DNA from: the human T2T-CHM13v2.0 reference genome, Homo sapiens
Assembly (NCBI RefSeq): GCF_009914755.1
Contig: NC_060936.1
DNA length: 64,000 nucleotides
Strand: one strand, 5' to 3'
Within the stretch, counting starts at the first letter, position 1; each line of letters opens with the position of its first letter. Shown one piece after another: positions 17,801-31,722 of the stretch. The notes beneath the pieces were generated by a model. It saw nothing but the letters and a program-made list of their open reading frames with translations, did no database searches and was not told where the DNA came from. Position numbers and translations under genes: made by a program.

Positions 17801-18233
17801 TTCCTACTTCTGTAAATCTCTTCTCCTTCCTTTCTCTGAGCAAACACATAAAACTGGGAGGTAGGTAGGAGAATTGGGATGACATTCATTTGTGGAAGTC
17901 CATATACTGTGTCATATTCTTCATCTTCAGCACTTTTAATCTCTAAAACATAGTGCAGTATTTAGCAGGTCATCAATAATTTTTGTTGTTGGGTAAATGG
18001 CTGATCGAATGAATTAACAAAAGGACTGGATACTCCATTTCTGATCACCATAGAGATAACCAAATTACGTTTCTCAAACTCTGTCATGCTGAGGGCTGCA
18101 GTGACAACATTTTAGGACTAGAACACATTACTTGGATTTCACAATACAAAGATGATTGCAGTTGTCCCTGGTAAGCTCAGCCCACAGAGCCTTTCAATTC
18201 AGCTTGGGGTGAGCTGCACTTCAGGCATGGGGA

Positions 18234-18418
18234 TATAATAGTGTGATGAACCATTCTTCTGAAGGTTCTTCTGAAAAGCTGCTGGTCTTGGGATACTGTG
18301 AGAGCCCCTCTCATTGCTCTTTAGAAGTAATTTAAATTTTTCTGCTACATTGTCTGCTCAGCTCGTATTCTGGTCATAGAGGAACCTGAAGCCAGAGAAA
18401 CTAGACAAAAAGGTAAGA
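18234..18418 (+). other. Candidate non-coding (first) exon ending at splice donor AAG|GTAAGA (exon end 18412)
   Basis: Repeat-free island, near-consensus donor, TATAATA at 18234; host gene not identified. Confidence 0.35.
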
Positions 18419-19455
18419 GAAAACCAAGCAACAAATGCAGTCTCAGCTGTTGCTAACGTTATTCACAGGAGTGACAAACTGAATGAATCTTAGGGTGAGA
18501 GACTGGTCTTTTTACCTCATTTACACTTTTCCTTGGTCTGCACTGTAGATCAGCAGAACTCATTTATCCTAAGAAATCGATGACTAATTTTCTGTGAAGC
18601 AGAATCAAGAAATCTGGTCTACATTGGTTAAAAATAAGTACTTGGTTCACCTTGTGCTGTGAAGTCCAAGCCAAATAATTGTTGCAAGTTGTTGAAGCAT
18701 TTGAGTGAAGAAAAACTGACCAAGTTCACTATGACTGCATGAAATGAAATGCTGAACTTTTTGGGGTTGAGGGGGTTGGAAGGATGGATGGAGGAAGACA
18801 GTTGTTTCCAGTCTCTGAAATTCAATTCTGCAGTAAGTTTCTGTATCACCAAGTGTCACTTTGGCATACCTCGTGCATATTTATAGTCTAAGGCTTTTCA
18901 TATAGGATTCAAACATAGATTAAAGTAGCAGGGAACTTGAGAGCTCCAGGGAAGAATATGATACTTTAATTGCATTTGATCATTTTATTGAATTTGCCTA
19001 GGAAAATCAATTAAAACACAAAACTTAATTTTTGTACTTACAGCAGAGATTATACATTCCATCTTGTCCCTGACTATAGATTTTTGCCTTTTGCTTTTCA
19101 TTAAATAATCAACTTCAAAGTACTCAGAAGGCTGATGGGTCTATTCTGCTGGGTATGGGCGAACTGGAACAGGGCCTTCATTCCACAAACATTTTACTTG
19201 TTTCTTTTTCTTCATCTGGCTTCTCTATGGGACATGTTCAAATTCTATACATACCAAAGCAGTGACTTATTAGACGTATGTAATGTTTTAAAAAGATAAT
19301 AGTGTATTTAAATTGCAAATGGAATTACTGCAATAATATGAAATATGCATGATTATATGGAACAGTTGAAGAGTTCCCAAGTGAATATTAATTGCCTTGT
19401 ATCCTTCCTTGAGGCAAAGGCATATAAAAATAACATGAATTCACAAGTAGTTAGA

Positions 19456-19770
19456 GCCGAGTGTAGTGACTCAGACCTGTAATCCTAACACCTTGGGAGG
19501 CCAAGACAGGTGCCTCCCACTTGAGGCCTCCAAACTTGAGGCCACAAGTTTGAGACCAGCCTTGGCAACATAGCAAGATGCCATCTCTGCAAAAAGTAAA
19601 AGAATTAGCCAGGTGTGGTGGTGCACTCTCGTAGTCCTAGCTACTTGGGAGACTGAGGTGAGAGGATCACTTGAGCCTGGGAGGTCGAGGCTCCAGTGAC
19701 CTGTAATGGTGCCACTGTACTCCAATCTGGGTGGCAGAGTGAGACCCTGTCTCAATAAATAAATAAATAA
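19456..19770 (+). mobile_element. AluJ with a short internal duplication
   Basis: J-type Alu; 'acttgaggcc' duplicated at ~19519/19535; TSD aagtagttag / aagcagttag. Confidence 0.9.
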
Positions 19771-19789
19771 TATGAAAAGCAGTTAGTTA

Positions 19790-19965
19790 ACTTTGTAAAT
19801 AAAGAACGTTTAGACAATTTGTTTAACTTCTTTGAGCCTCAGTTGTCTTATCTGTAATAATGAGGTCTGCCTTTTAAGATTATTGTAAAGGTTAAATGGG
19901 ATAATACATGTGAAGCCCCTAGCAGAAGGCCTGGCACAAAAAGTGTTAGCTATTGTTGTTACTAT
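19790..19965 (+). mobile_element. MIR
   Basis: 'tttaacttctttgagcctcagttgtcttatctgtaa'. Confidence 0.75.
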
Positions 19966-20459
19966 TACTATATTATTATTGTTGTTGTTGTTGATCAAAG
20001 CTTACAGTTACAAGACAGTACCAATTACATAATGCTCTAAAAAATTCGCATATTTTTTTCCAGTGGGAAAATTGGATGAAGGTGCTCTGGAATAAGCTCT
20101 GTAATACTATTTCTAGTCAGAGTACACCTCAAAGAAGGATCAGAACTCATATAGAACCTAGCCTTTCCGCTGCCCTAAGACAATGGGGCAAATGCTTACT
20201 TGGAAATTCCAAAATAAACAAGCAGCGAAGGTAAATGAAGAGAATGATTTTCTGTCTCCACTGGAGCTGCCACAGCTTTGTTTATCACATTAGTGCACCT
20301 TCACAAAGCCTCACCTTTTTTCAATTTCAAAAATGATTGCAGCTTTCTTCATTTCCAAACAAAGGACTATGGTTTGGAAATAACACACATGTGAAGGTGA
20401 AAGTGCATGCTCTTTACCCTAGAGAATACTTAGCCAGAAATATCTTACTAGTTTCTTAC

Positions 20460-20690
20460 AGGAAAGGAGACTATATGGCTCTGGAGATAGAGATCCTGGG
20501 TGACAGTTCTTGCTCTTTCTCCCAGCAATCAGATGTCAATCAGACTCGTACAAATTACTTAAGCTCTCTGCCCTGAGCATTTTTATATGTTACCTCATGG
20601 AGTTATTGTAAAGATTATATGATAAAATAATTGCATGATGTGTGGGACATTGTCTGCAACATAGTAAGTGCCCAATAAATGTTAGTGATT
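20460..20690 (+). mobile_element. MIR
   Basis: 'acctcatggagttattgtaaagatt...atagtaagtgcccaataaatgttag'. Confidence 0.7.
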
Positions 20691-22447
20691 CTTATCTATT
20701 TTGTTGGATGATATTTGCACTGAAAAGTTAGATATCATTCCGGTTCTATTATACAGTTTAGTTTATGATTGTATTTGACTCAGAGTAAAAAAATTGTGAG
20801 CAAGGAGAATTAGAAGGCTTTCTTCTTCACACCTATAGCCCAGGCTGTGTTCTTGCTTTATTTATTAATAACATAGGATGTGAGAATTGTCTTCAAATTT
20901 GAACTCTTGTACTTTTCATTTAATAGTGAAGGCTCACAAAGCCCTGGGACAAGATCTTTGTTAATAAAGTACCTCTAAGCAGTTAAACAGCAAAAATTCA
21001 TATGCAGATTTGCTCTGGGGAGAAAAAAAGGTTTAAATTATAAGAGTTTCTTTCAAACTATGGGAAACAAACTTTTTTTATGGTGGTGAATCACTTCCAA
21101 AATGAAATTCTAATACATTTGATTGAGTCTTGTGGGGTGGTCATATATTTTATAACCTTCTGCCCATCTTATCAGAGAGTTTAGATATTTAATTTTTGTA
21201 CTTTTTTCATTCCACCTTGGAATCACTTTAGTCCTAGTCCCATCCTGGTTTAAAGCCTGTGTGTCTCTAAATTCCTCTAACCATGCTTTTTTGTGTGATG
21301 ATATTACATGAAAAGAATTGGTATTACCCAATGTTTACCAATGTGTTACACATTTTTTGTGTGTGTAATGGTATTACACAAAAAGAATTCACCACTGAAT
21401 TCTTTTAGAGCAAAACCTAGAGCCATTTGTAAGATGGTAAGCATAACCTGGTGGAGCATTACATAAAACACAATGAGAAGGAAGAAGGTGGAATATCATA
21501 CTTTTAGAAGACTTGCTTTACTTAGATCTTTTAAAAAATAATGGGATTAGAAAATAAAATGTAAAACAAATGTCACTTTCCCCCTTTTTAAGGGGATTAT
21601 TTTTTCTATCTTTGGGAGGAATGAGAGATTTCTTAGAGTGTGGAGATGCTCTGTTTTCCGCAGGGCACCTTACGTGCCTATAATTGTTATATTTATGATT
21701 CTGGTGTTTGTCACCAGATTTGGCCCCTTTGATGCTGAGAGCTGGTAAAACATTTTATTTAAGGCATTTTGATTAGCAATTTTAAAAGAAGTTATTAGAA
21801 CATTGTGAGAAGGAATTTGAGAGAAAATAGAAACATTACAATCAACATATCTGAAGCAAAACATTGTCAATATAGATAAATAATGGTTCATCCCCTATTC
21901 CTGATTCAATGGTTTCTTATTATCTCTTTGACTCCTAACAACAGGCGTTCCTCCCTTTCATCTTTCTTAGGGTCAATAACAATGAATGGGTGATTTCAGT
22001 TATGAGGAAGAAGTAGGTCCTTTTTCTTTCATAATTGCTTCTCCATCGACCAGATACTCTGTAATTTACAGTACTTGCCCCAAGGTTTCCTGCGTTATCC
22101 TTTTTGTCATTTTGCCCTGTACACAGGAATATAACAACTGATTGTCTCCAGGCAGTTTTACCTAGACAGAATTGCCTTATTAATCAATCAATTTTTCAAG
22201 AATACTGAAATAAGAGATAAGAAAATGTCGGTAAAAGCAGCATTCTCTTGACTGCAGGAAAAATTTTTTCTCCTAAGATTTTTTTTGTTGCATTTAGTTT
22301 CTTAGGGTAATTAAAGCCTTCCTTGTTTTAGACTTAACACTAGAACCAAAATACTTACCAAAAACTGCACATTTCATTGGTATACTTTGCTAAGGTAAAA
22401 AAAAAAAAAATTGGCTTCCATTTTTCTCCTTTTAAGAAGTAAGTTCT

Positions 22448-22672
22448 AATGAGAACACTTGGACACAGGAAGGGGAACATCACACACTGGGGCCTATCGT
22501 GGGGTGGGGGTAGGTGGGGAGAGATAGCATTAGGAGATATACCTAATGTAAATGATGAGTTAATGGGTGCAGCACACCAACATGGCACATGTATACATAT
22601 GTAACAAACCTGCATATTGTGCACATGTACCCTAGAACTTAGAGTATAATAAAAAAAAGGAAAAAAAAAAAA
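22448..22672 (+). mobile_element. 5'-truncated L1PA (3'UTR plus poly-A)
   Basis: L1PA 3'UTR text with G-rich tract; TSD aagaagtaagttct (22434-22447) / aagaagtaggttct (22672-22685). Confidence 0.95.
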
Positions 22673-23104
22673 AGAAGTAGGTTCTTCAAACTTCATTATC
22701 TTTACTAATCAATTTACCTTCTCCTCAGCAAAATGTTCTAATAGTCCTACATTGCAGCCTTTGATGTTGGTTGCTTTGTTTCCAAATGAAACAAATGAAC
22801 AACAACAACAAAAAGTCAGGATTTTTTATTTTACAATATTGGGGTGATACCTCTGTTTTTTCATCTGGAAAATGGCACTCTCTTTCTTAGAATTAAAGTC
22901 ACTTTAAAGATTTAAATTTTAAACAAGTTATTATTTTAAAGTATTTTATTATTTTTAAAACTTCATTTAGAAAACTTGTCATAAGATTGATTATTTTTGT
23001 AATGATTCATTCAAATTTGCTTTCATCATATTCTGGCAGATCTTAATAATCTCTGAAGTACAGATGTCCCTTACTGACCTTCTGTATATTAGTGAAACTC
23101 AGTC

Positions 23105-23410
23105 TTTTTTGTTTGTTTGTTTGTTTTTACAGTCGAGTCTGGCTCTATCAGCCAGGTTGCAGTGCAGTGGCGCAGTCTCGACTCACTGCAGTCTCTGCCT
23201 CCTGGGTTCAAGCCATTCTCCCACCTCATACTCCTGAGTAGCTGGGACCACAGGTGCCCGCCACCATGCCTGGCTAATTTTTGTGTTTTCAGTAGAGAAA
23301 AGGTTTTGCCATGTTGGCCAGGCTGGTCTCAAACTCCTGACCTCAAGTGATCCGCTGGCCTTGCCCTCCCAAAGTGCTGGGATTACAGGCATGAGTTGCC
23401 GTGCCCAGCC
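23105..23410 (-). mobile_element. Alu (S/J)
   Basis: Reverse full Alu. Confidence 0.9.
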
Positions 23411-24079
23411 AAAAATGTCTTTATCTTGAGCAGAAGAAAAACACGGAGACTTAAGGTTTTGGGGGCCTTTTTGTTTTTCATTTTCTTCAAGTGCAGAAAC
23501 CCAGCAATGTTCTTCCTGTAGTTACTCAGTTTTGACATTCTTTGCAGTTAGGTCAACAATGGTTGTTTTTAAAAGCATTTTAATGCAAGAAAGAGTGTAT
23601 TCTAAAGCCTGTCTTCCCCACTGAGTATGGCAAGCTGAGCTTCAATTTGCAGTTCACCTGTTGTTTGATAATTGATATATTTCTGAGTTATGGTCTCCTT
23701 TTAATTCTTCTAAGGATAAAGAAACAACATAAGATAAGGTATGAGGCTCCTGAAAGTTATCTGGTCTTTCTTAATAGATCCTTACGAAAAACTGAGGCCT
23801 GAGGCTTGGAAGTCTGATTGTTAAACAAGCTCTGCAGGTGACTGAGATGGGAATCATTATTCTAGCACTCCTGCTTTAAATTCATGACCTACCTGCTGAC
23901 AACTTCATCTCTCAATTTAAAGAAAATAAAATGAAAAGTTAAGTGGTGTTGAGGAACAAAAATAAATTGGTTGGCGAAATAAAGGTGTCAGAAACTCAAA
24001 GAATTGTAAGCTTTAGGTCTGTTTTTAAAAAAGAAACTAAAGAAAAAAAAAGACCAAATCTATTTGTTACTTAACTCAT

Positions 24080-26440
24080 TTATTTATTAATTCACTCCAT
24101 TTTTTCATTTACTCAAGGAATCTTTATTGTCTACCAAATGCTGGGCTCTGCACTACTTTCAGAGGAAACCATGATGAGCAAAAGCAGATAGATGAATTAA
24201 AACTCCTGCCCTCATGGAGTTTAAAGTCCAGTAAGAGAATAATCATAATCAATTGTATCATACGGATAAGCATAACATTACAACTGTGGTAAGTGGTCAC
24301 AAAAAAAGAGTATATGGAAAGGGCTTAAATGACAGATTAGACAGAATACTGAAGGTCAGGGAAAGCTTCTCTGTGGAAGTGACTCTTAGACTGACATCTG
24401 AAGGATGACTGGGAGCTGATAAAACACAGAAGAGCTGGAGAACATTCTAGATAAAGGGAACGGCATTCATTCTTCCTGCAGCCTTTCAACAACTTCAGGC
24501 ACTGTGCTGGTGCTGAGGATACAGCAGTGAACAAAACAAATTCCTTGCCCACAGAGAGCTTATGTTTTAGTTGAAGGAAAAACAGACTATAAACAGATGA
24601 CCGAATAAACAGATGTCATAAACAGATGACATACACAGATGTCATCTGAATAAACAGATGACAGATAAACTATAAACAGATGACTAGAAACAGATGACGT
24701 AAACTACATCAGGTGGTGTTAAGTGCTGTGAAGAAATGGAAAGGATGAGCTAAACAGGAGTCCAGAGTGTGCAGGTGAGGTGGGTATTACAGGGATCAGC
24801 CTTTCAGCTGAGGCAGCAGATCATGCAACTGTGAGTGAGGGAGGCCTCTGGGTAGGGGGAGGAGTGAGGGCTGAGAGCTGCAGTAGAGCATCCTTGGGCA
24901 TGTTCTGGGAACAGACAGCACTGTGTCTGAGTATGTGTTGTGATGGGAGAGGGAAAAGGAGCAGTGATAGGAAATGCAATCAGAGAGGTCATGGGGCCAC
25001 ATTGTCCAGTGCCTTGCATGTGAGCCAGGCAACCCTTGGAGAGTTTTAGCAAAGAAGTGGATCACCGGGTCTGACATATGAAAAATAGACTGTTAGTGCT
25101 GCAAAGGTGAGGGCAGCAAGAAACACTTAGAGGCATTTACAATAATGGTTTGGACCAGTTTGGTACAAGCAGAGATGGTGAGATGTGATCAGAGATGTGG
25201 TTGGATATACTTTGAAGGTAGAGCTGATGGGATTTGCCAAAGGAATGGAAATTGAGTGTGAGAAAAAGAGAGTCAAGGGTGGCCTCAACATCTTTGGATT
25301 AAAGAACTCATAGAATAGAGCCTTACTCACTGAGATAGGGAGAATGGTGAAGGGAAGAGACTGTGAGGGGTAGTTCAGGAGATTGTTTTGAGTCAAGTAA
25401 AGTCAGAGATGCCTTTTAGATATCCCAAGTACTGTGGTGGGTAGAGTTTGTCATATTTGATGAACTTATAGAAGTCAATATCTGACCAAAGCAAGCATAG
25501 GAGACCATGCTGTCCAATGTGCTGAAGAGACAGGCTTGGGCCAGACTACACTGGCCTTGGGGAGCACTTTGGAGATTTCAGCCCTCATCCTAAAAGCAAC
25601 AGGAATCCATGAGTTTGGGGTATCAGATTAAGAGTTCCAAACTGGGACTGGCTGCAGTCTGGCAACGAGTTTGGAGTTGGGGATTGATAGGAGTAAGAGT
25701 GGATGCAGGAATATTTGTTAGGAAATACAACAGTCCAGACAAGACACTGTGGTGGCTTAGGTCATGTGGTGGTGGTAGACGTGACCAGGCAGAAGATTAG
25801 AAGCTATTCAGGAGGCAAATGCCAGGACTCCATAGTGGGTCAATATGGAGGTGAAAGAGAGGGAGGTGTCAAAGGTGACTCAGCTTTCTAGCTTGTACAA
25901 CAAGATGGGCAGTGATTTCATTCATAGAGACAGGAAAAACTGGAATAGGACCAGGGGAAAGGTCATAAGATTAAGATGCCTATGTAAAATCCAAGTAGAA
26001 ATGTCAATAAGCAATTGTGCACCCATCATGGTCTGAAATGCAGAGGTAAGGTCAAGGCAGGAGACATTAATTTGTGAGAGACATTCTGAAACTTAAAGAA
26101 AAAATAGTTTTTAGAAGGGAAGATTGATACATGCAAGAGGGAAAGGATAGTTAATCATGTAGCTCTCTGAGAAGACTGGAGAGAATGGAATTCAAATGTA
26201 AGTGGGGGCATAAGCCTTCTATACGAAGAGGAACAGCTTTTCCCTCTGTTGAAAATGATGCGTGCAGATACTAGTATATTTATTTGTATGCTTCATTCAT
26301 TTGGCAAACATAATGTACACCTACCATGCACTATGGACATCCTGAAGTTCTGGGGATACAGAAACAAAAAAGAAACAATCCTCACCATCAAGAATCTCAC
26401 TGTCATATAAGAGAGGTTGCAACAGGACAGTATTTGTGGG
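24080..26440 (+). mobile_element. Nested L2 fragments
   Basis: Several L2 3'-end signatures ('aactcctgccctcatggagtttaaagtccag', 'gatacagcagtgaacaaaac', 'ggatatactttgaaggtagagctgatgggatttgc'). Confidence 0.7.
24583..24705. repeat. Degenerate TAAACAGATGAC micro-array
   Basis: Seven CAGATG and one CATCTG within 24594-24696. Confidence 0.9.
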
Positions 26441-26599
26441 AACACTGGGCACAGTTAGATGCACATCCCGAAACTTTTGCAATGTAGATTTTCAAATGTT
26501 TGGAGAATAGATAAGCATGATATTATGGCCTATGAAATTGAAAAAGAACATATCTCAAAGGGGTTGGGAGTCTCTCAAGGACAGAATTTGGATTGTGTA

Positions 26600-29420
26600 A
26601 TTGATCCCTAGGAGAGAACAAGTGCAGTTTCCAATATAAGATGAGGGTCCCAAGACTGAACTATTTGGTAGCAATCCCAGACTAACATTTCTTCAGAGAC
26701 ATTTTCTCACCAACTTTCCCCTTGAAAACTAGAGCAAAGGCCTCAGCCTGTGCATATCGTCAGCATCTAACACCTCCTGAGGTCTGCGTTGACCCTGAAA
26801 CAGCTTTATCCTGGTTCTTTCCTGTCTCACATCCTTTGCACCCTTGGCCAATATCCAAATTACAAACTTCTTTAGTCATCTGTCCTTCCCCCACTCGCAT
26901 CTTCATGTTCTTTTTTAATTTTCTTCCCTTCCTCATGTTATATTCACCCCATTGCTTCTCTTCCTGCTAATCTTTCCATCATGCTCTTGGAAGTCCCTTA
27001 GATCTTTTACCTCCTTACCTTAACTGAAAATTGACTATCCATTAGGACACGACTTCCCACTACAGCTATATCAAATAGAGGTTGTTCATTGTTTTTCATT
27101 GTCAAGAGGGTGTTCAGCATTTTCTTGCATCCTGAACATTATACCTCCAGCCATCTTTTTTGGTCAGGCCATCTGATTATTAGTCTACTTAGCATCACTG
27201 TCATCCATCAACATCATGGTTATTTCTCTGTATAGTCTTTCATAGTTTTGGCACCTGAGTCCCTATCTTCCTCTTCATTGCAAATCCTGCCACACTGATT
27301 CAGGTGACCCAACAAACACACACACACACACATACGCGCTCGCGCACACACACACACACACACACACACAGAGTGCCCTTCCCACTCTTCATGGGAAAAT
27401 TATTCCCTTGGCCACACTATGGACCTTGTCACCCAGAGTTGCTTCAACTCTGGAATCTTGAATTTCAATATCTCATTCTCAAGCAATGATCTGCTTCTGA
27501 AAAGAGCTTTCTGTGTTGTGATCACCATACTTATTCTCTGACCTTATTCAGTGCTCCAGTCTCTTGCCCCTGTTCATTTTCTCTCAATCTATCAGTCCCC
27601 TCTTGGCTTCAATTCCATTTCTAACTGGCCCAGGTGACATAATTTTTAATCATTCTCCTAAACCATTTTCTTAAACCATACACTCCATTTTCTTGCTACC
27701 GTCCCTATTTTACCTCCAGAATCCAAACTTTGGAAGGACTCCAATGTCCAGCTTCTCTGCACCTGATTATGCACACCAGGCACAGCTGTGGAAGATTACA
27801 TGCTCATGCAGATTGATGCCAATAATGATCTCCAATTTTTGGATAGACTCTGAATCTTAATACTTCTGTCTGCCCTGGTCATCTTCTCACAGTCCTCACT
27901 CCTTCACTCTTCACTATCCTCCTCAAGCCCTCTAACCCACAATTTCCATACCATTTTCAGCACATGACATCCATTGCTACCTCAAAAGAAAATAGTAGCC
28001 TTAATACAAGAAATCTATCCAGAGCTCCCAGGGATAAATTGTACCATCTGTCAACTTCCTTGCCTGCATGCATTTATTTGTATTTACACCAAATTAGTAG
28101 ATGTCTCTCCTCGTGTCATAGGTTAATGCTTGAACTTGGCTCTGGATTGCATTTGCATGTTTCTCTTCTTGCTAATCAATGCTTCTAAGTCTTTACTGTA
28201 TCAAGAGCCTATTCTTCATTATTAATTTTGTTTTTAGATCAATGTAAAATACATTTAAGTCTTTCTCATATTTCAAAGCATAAAAATAAACAAACCTCCT
28301 CTGGCCATTCTAGCTCCTTCTTCCCTCCAGAGCTAGGCTTCTGGAACAAGTTATCCTGTTATAGAGCTTCCACAGCTTCACTTGCTTTTAATCTTACTGA
28401 CTGCAGTCTAATTTCTGCCCTCCCCAGTTCAATGAAGCTCCTCCTTCAATGACTGCTAATTATGTCCCAGTTGTTGAAACTGATGGACATTGCCCTATTC
28501 TTATTTCACTTAGTTCTTCTGCCCCATTTGACACTGATGAGAAATCTCATTTGTCTTCAGTGTCCTTGCTTTCTCCTCTATGTTCAGTCTTTCTCACGCT
28601 CCTTGTAGGCTCTTCCTCTTCGATCTGTCCCTTAAATATTGGTATGACACCACTGGATGAACTCATCTAGTCCCATGGTTAGAGTTACCACTGATGTGCT
28701 GACCCTCCAAACTAGAATTTCCAACCCAAGCTTGTTGGAATATCTAGTTGCTTTATTAGATATGCAAAAGCAACAGAAATTTTGCATAAAGCTTCTCTCA
28801 TAATCTTTTTCAGCAGACCCGATAGTTCTCTTTTTTCCCCTTTCCTAGTCAATATCATCAGCACCTGTGTACTTATCTTAAGCAGAAACCAGGAAGTCAT
28901 CCCTCTTCAGCCTCACCTTCTACATCCAGTAGTCACAAAGTCCTGATGTTTTTGCCGCCTTCTTATTAAATTTCTGTCCCTTCTTTCACCCTTTTCACAG
29001 CTATATTTTGATTCAGGCTCTCTATATTTCTCTGTTAAATTACTACACATAGTCTGTTATCCAGTTCCCCTGCTTCGAGTTGCTATTTGTCTAATTCACT
29101 CTCCACACTGCAACTGGTCAACTTTCTAAATTGCAGATCTGTTCATGTCACTTCCCTCCTCAAAGTTCTTCAGTGGTACTCTTAACCTTCAGGATAAAAC
29201 TTATCCCTTTATGGTATAGCTCATGATTACAGCTATTATCTCTGCCTAGAACACCTCCCTTCACTCTTCTTCTCCTGACTACAGTAATGCCTACTTATAC
29301 TGTCAAATGCAGTTCAGATACTCTCTCCTCAGAAAACCATTTCATGATTCTGCCTTCAATATCTGTTAAATGCCCATCCAAGGTGTCCTCATAGCTTATG
29401 TATTTTATTTATTATTTATT
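26600..29420 (-). mobile_element. Long degraded L2 (pyrimidine-rich orientation)
   Basis: 'ctgccccatttgacactgatg', 'atctagtcccatggttagagttaccactgatgtgctgac', 'ctccacactgcaac...atgtcacttccctcctcaaagttcttcagtgg'. Confidence 0.6.
27317..27370 (+). repeat. (CA)n with an internal CG patch
   Basis: Directly visible alternating purine-pyrimidine tract. Confidence 0.95.
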
Positions 29421-30419
29421 TCAATTACTCACCTTAGCAATTGTAGTTATTCATCACGCATATATCACATTTTATTACAATATCTTGGAGAGTGTATGTT
29501 TCTCTCTTTGAATGTGAACTGAACAATAAAAACAACACTTATGTATGTTTACTATGTGCCAAGTTTGATCTAAGTGTTGTACTTGTATTGACTCATTTTG
29601 TCCTCATAGCAACCGTTATTTCCATTTTACAAAGCAGAGATCACATCCTTCTTATTCACTATCACCCCTTGCTGGCTACATAACAGGTACTTAATAAATA
29701 CTTGTTGAATGAAGGCCTGAATGAGTCATTCTATAGTGTTTAGCAGTGGGACAGATGTTCATAGAAAAACTGGGTATGATTAATGTACTAGAATGAAAAT
29801 AAAGACCCTGTTTCTAGGCAGAATGACATTCCAAACAATAGCTGGGATTTAATAAGTGCCAATTAGAAAATCCCATCATATTTTCGCTGCAGTCCATGCT
29901 GGGGTTGCAATTTTAGCAGCTTTGTGTGTGGTGGAAAAATCCTCTTATGTATCTCTTGGTATTTCTCCACAATTTCATTCACTTGAAAATTGGCTATTAG
30001 TGAGCACTTCCTGTAATAAGTCCTGAAGTGAGTGGACAATAAAGAGGCACACTGAGAATTCCAAGCCATGGCAAGAAGATAAATCTATAGCAAATATAGA
30101 TTTACCAATGGCTGAGCTTTTTTCTCCTGTGGTAAACCTATAAGCCATGCAAGAACTTTTCACTGCATGTTATCTTTTTTAGAGTGTGCCCTGGCCCATG
30201 TAGTCAGTTCCACCAGCATTACTGATCACCTACAGTGCACAGACATTGTGCTTTATTTGAGGCTGTGCCCAGCTCTGGGGAAAAAAAGGTAGTGAGTGAT
30301 GGGAGCAAATGAGATAAGAGTTAGACTTTTGTCAGAAAATAAGGTGCTGCTGGTCACTACCATATTGCTTTTCCAATAATTTCAGTAAACTCTAGGTTGA
30401 ATTAAAAAATACAAAACCT

Positions 30420-30725
30420 AGGGGAGGAGGGGGGAAGAAATAAGGAGAGACTGGTCAACAGGTACAAACAGGTACAAGGAATGAGTTCTGGTGTTCTATT
30501 GCACAGTAGGGTGAGTATGATTAACAATATTGTAAAGCATATTCCAAAATAGCTAGAAGAGAGTACTTTGAATGTTCTCACTGCAAAGAAATGATAAATG
30601 TAAGAGGTGATGGAAATGCTAAAAACACTGATTTGATCATTATACATTGTATACATATATAGAACTATCACACTGTACCCTATAAAAATGCACAATTATG
30701 TGTCAATAAAAACAAAACAAAATAA
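30420..30725 (+). mobile_element. L1MA-type 3' end
   Basis: 'aatagctagaagagagtactttgaatgttctcac...gaggtgatggaaatgctaa...ctgatttgatcattatacattgtataca'. Confidence 0.85.
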
Positions 30726-30909
30726 TAGGAAATCTTCTTTTGTAGAATAAATCTGCCAATTAAGAGACATGGCTAGTAGAAACAGATGCGCTTTTGTTAC
30801 TAAACTTTAATATTCGGCAAGAATTACCCTCAACCATTTGAAGCAGCAAATTACACCCTAAGCCAAAGAAGGGGAACCAGGATGTGGCTGAGAAAAGGAA
30901 GGATCCTGC

Positions 30910-31293
30910 TTCATTAGTCCATTTTCACACTGCTATAAAGAAATACCCAAGACTGGGTAATTTATAAAGGAAAGACGTTTGATTGACTCATGGTTCCGCA
31001 TGGCTGGGGAGGCCTCAGGGCACTTACAATCATGGTGAAAGGGGAAGCAGGCACATCTTACCTGGCAGCAGGTGGGAGAGAAAGAGAGTGATAGTGCAGG
31101 AAAAACTACTATTTATAAAACCATCAGATCTCATGAGAATTCACTCACTATCACGAGAACAGCACGAGGGAAACTACTCCACAATCCAATCACTTCCCTG
31201 CCTTGGTGTGGGGATTATAGGTCCCTCCCTCGACACCTGGGGATTACAATTCCAGATGAGATTTGGGTGGGGACACAGAGCAAAATTATATCA
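30910..31293 (-). mobile_element. MSTA/THE1D MaLR solo LTR
   Basis: 'attagtccattttcacactgctataaagaaatacccaagactgggtaatttataaagg...gagatttgggtggggacacag'. Confidence 0.9.
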
Positions 31294-31722
31294 TTTCCTT
31301 TGGTAACTATGGGCCTTAGTATCTTGTTTGTGGGACAGGAAATTGAAAATGCCTAAAATTTTGAAATATAAGAAAACCAGAGCAACAGAGCATCAACCCC
31401 ACTAAAGTGAAGCTGTGTTGTCATCGTTAACTAGCTAGTTAAAGCAAGGTGGCTTGGTCATTATAGAAGATATTTCTAATTCTTGATCATCACTAGCCCA
31501 ACCTAAAATATAAAGAAACTTTTTCCTGCCTTATTTTGGCAAATTTGTGTAATCAGTTAAAGATAAAGACTTCCAAGCTTATAAACAGTATCAACTTGAA
31601 AATATTTTTTTCAGCTTGAAAATATCTAATGAGTTCTACACCCAAACTGAAACGCATTGTTAGATTCCCCTTGAGTTAAGTGCAAAGTGATTGGAATACT
31701 GCCCTCAAGTGATAGTTTAGAT

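Noticed and set aside
24583-24705. CRISPR-like array
   Set aside because: Eukaryotic context; units are ~12 bp with no unique spacers and no cas genes
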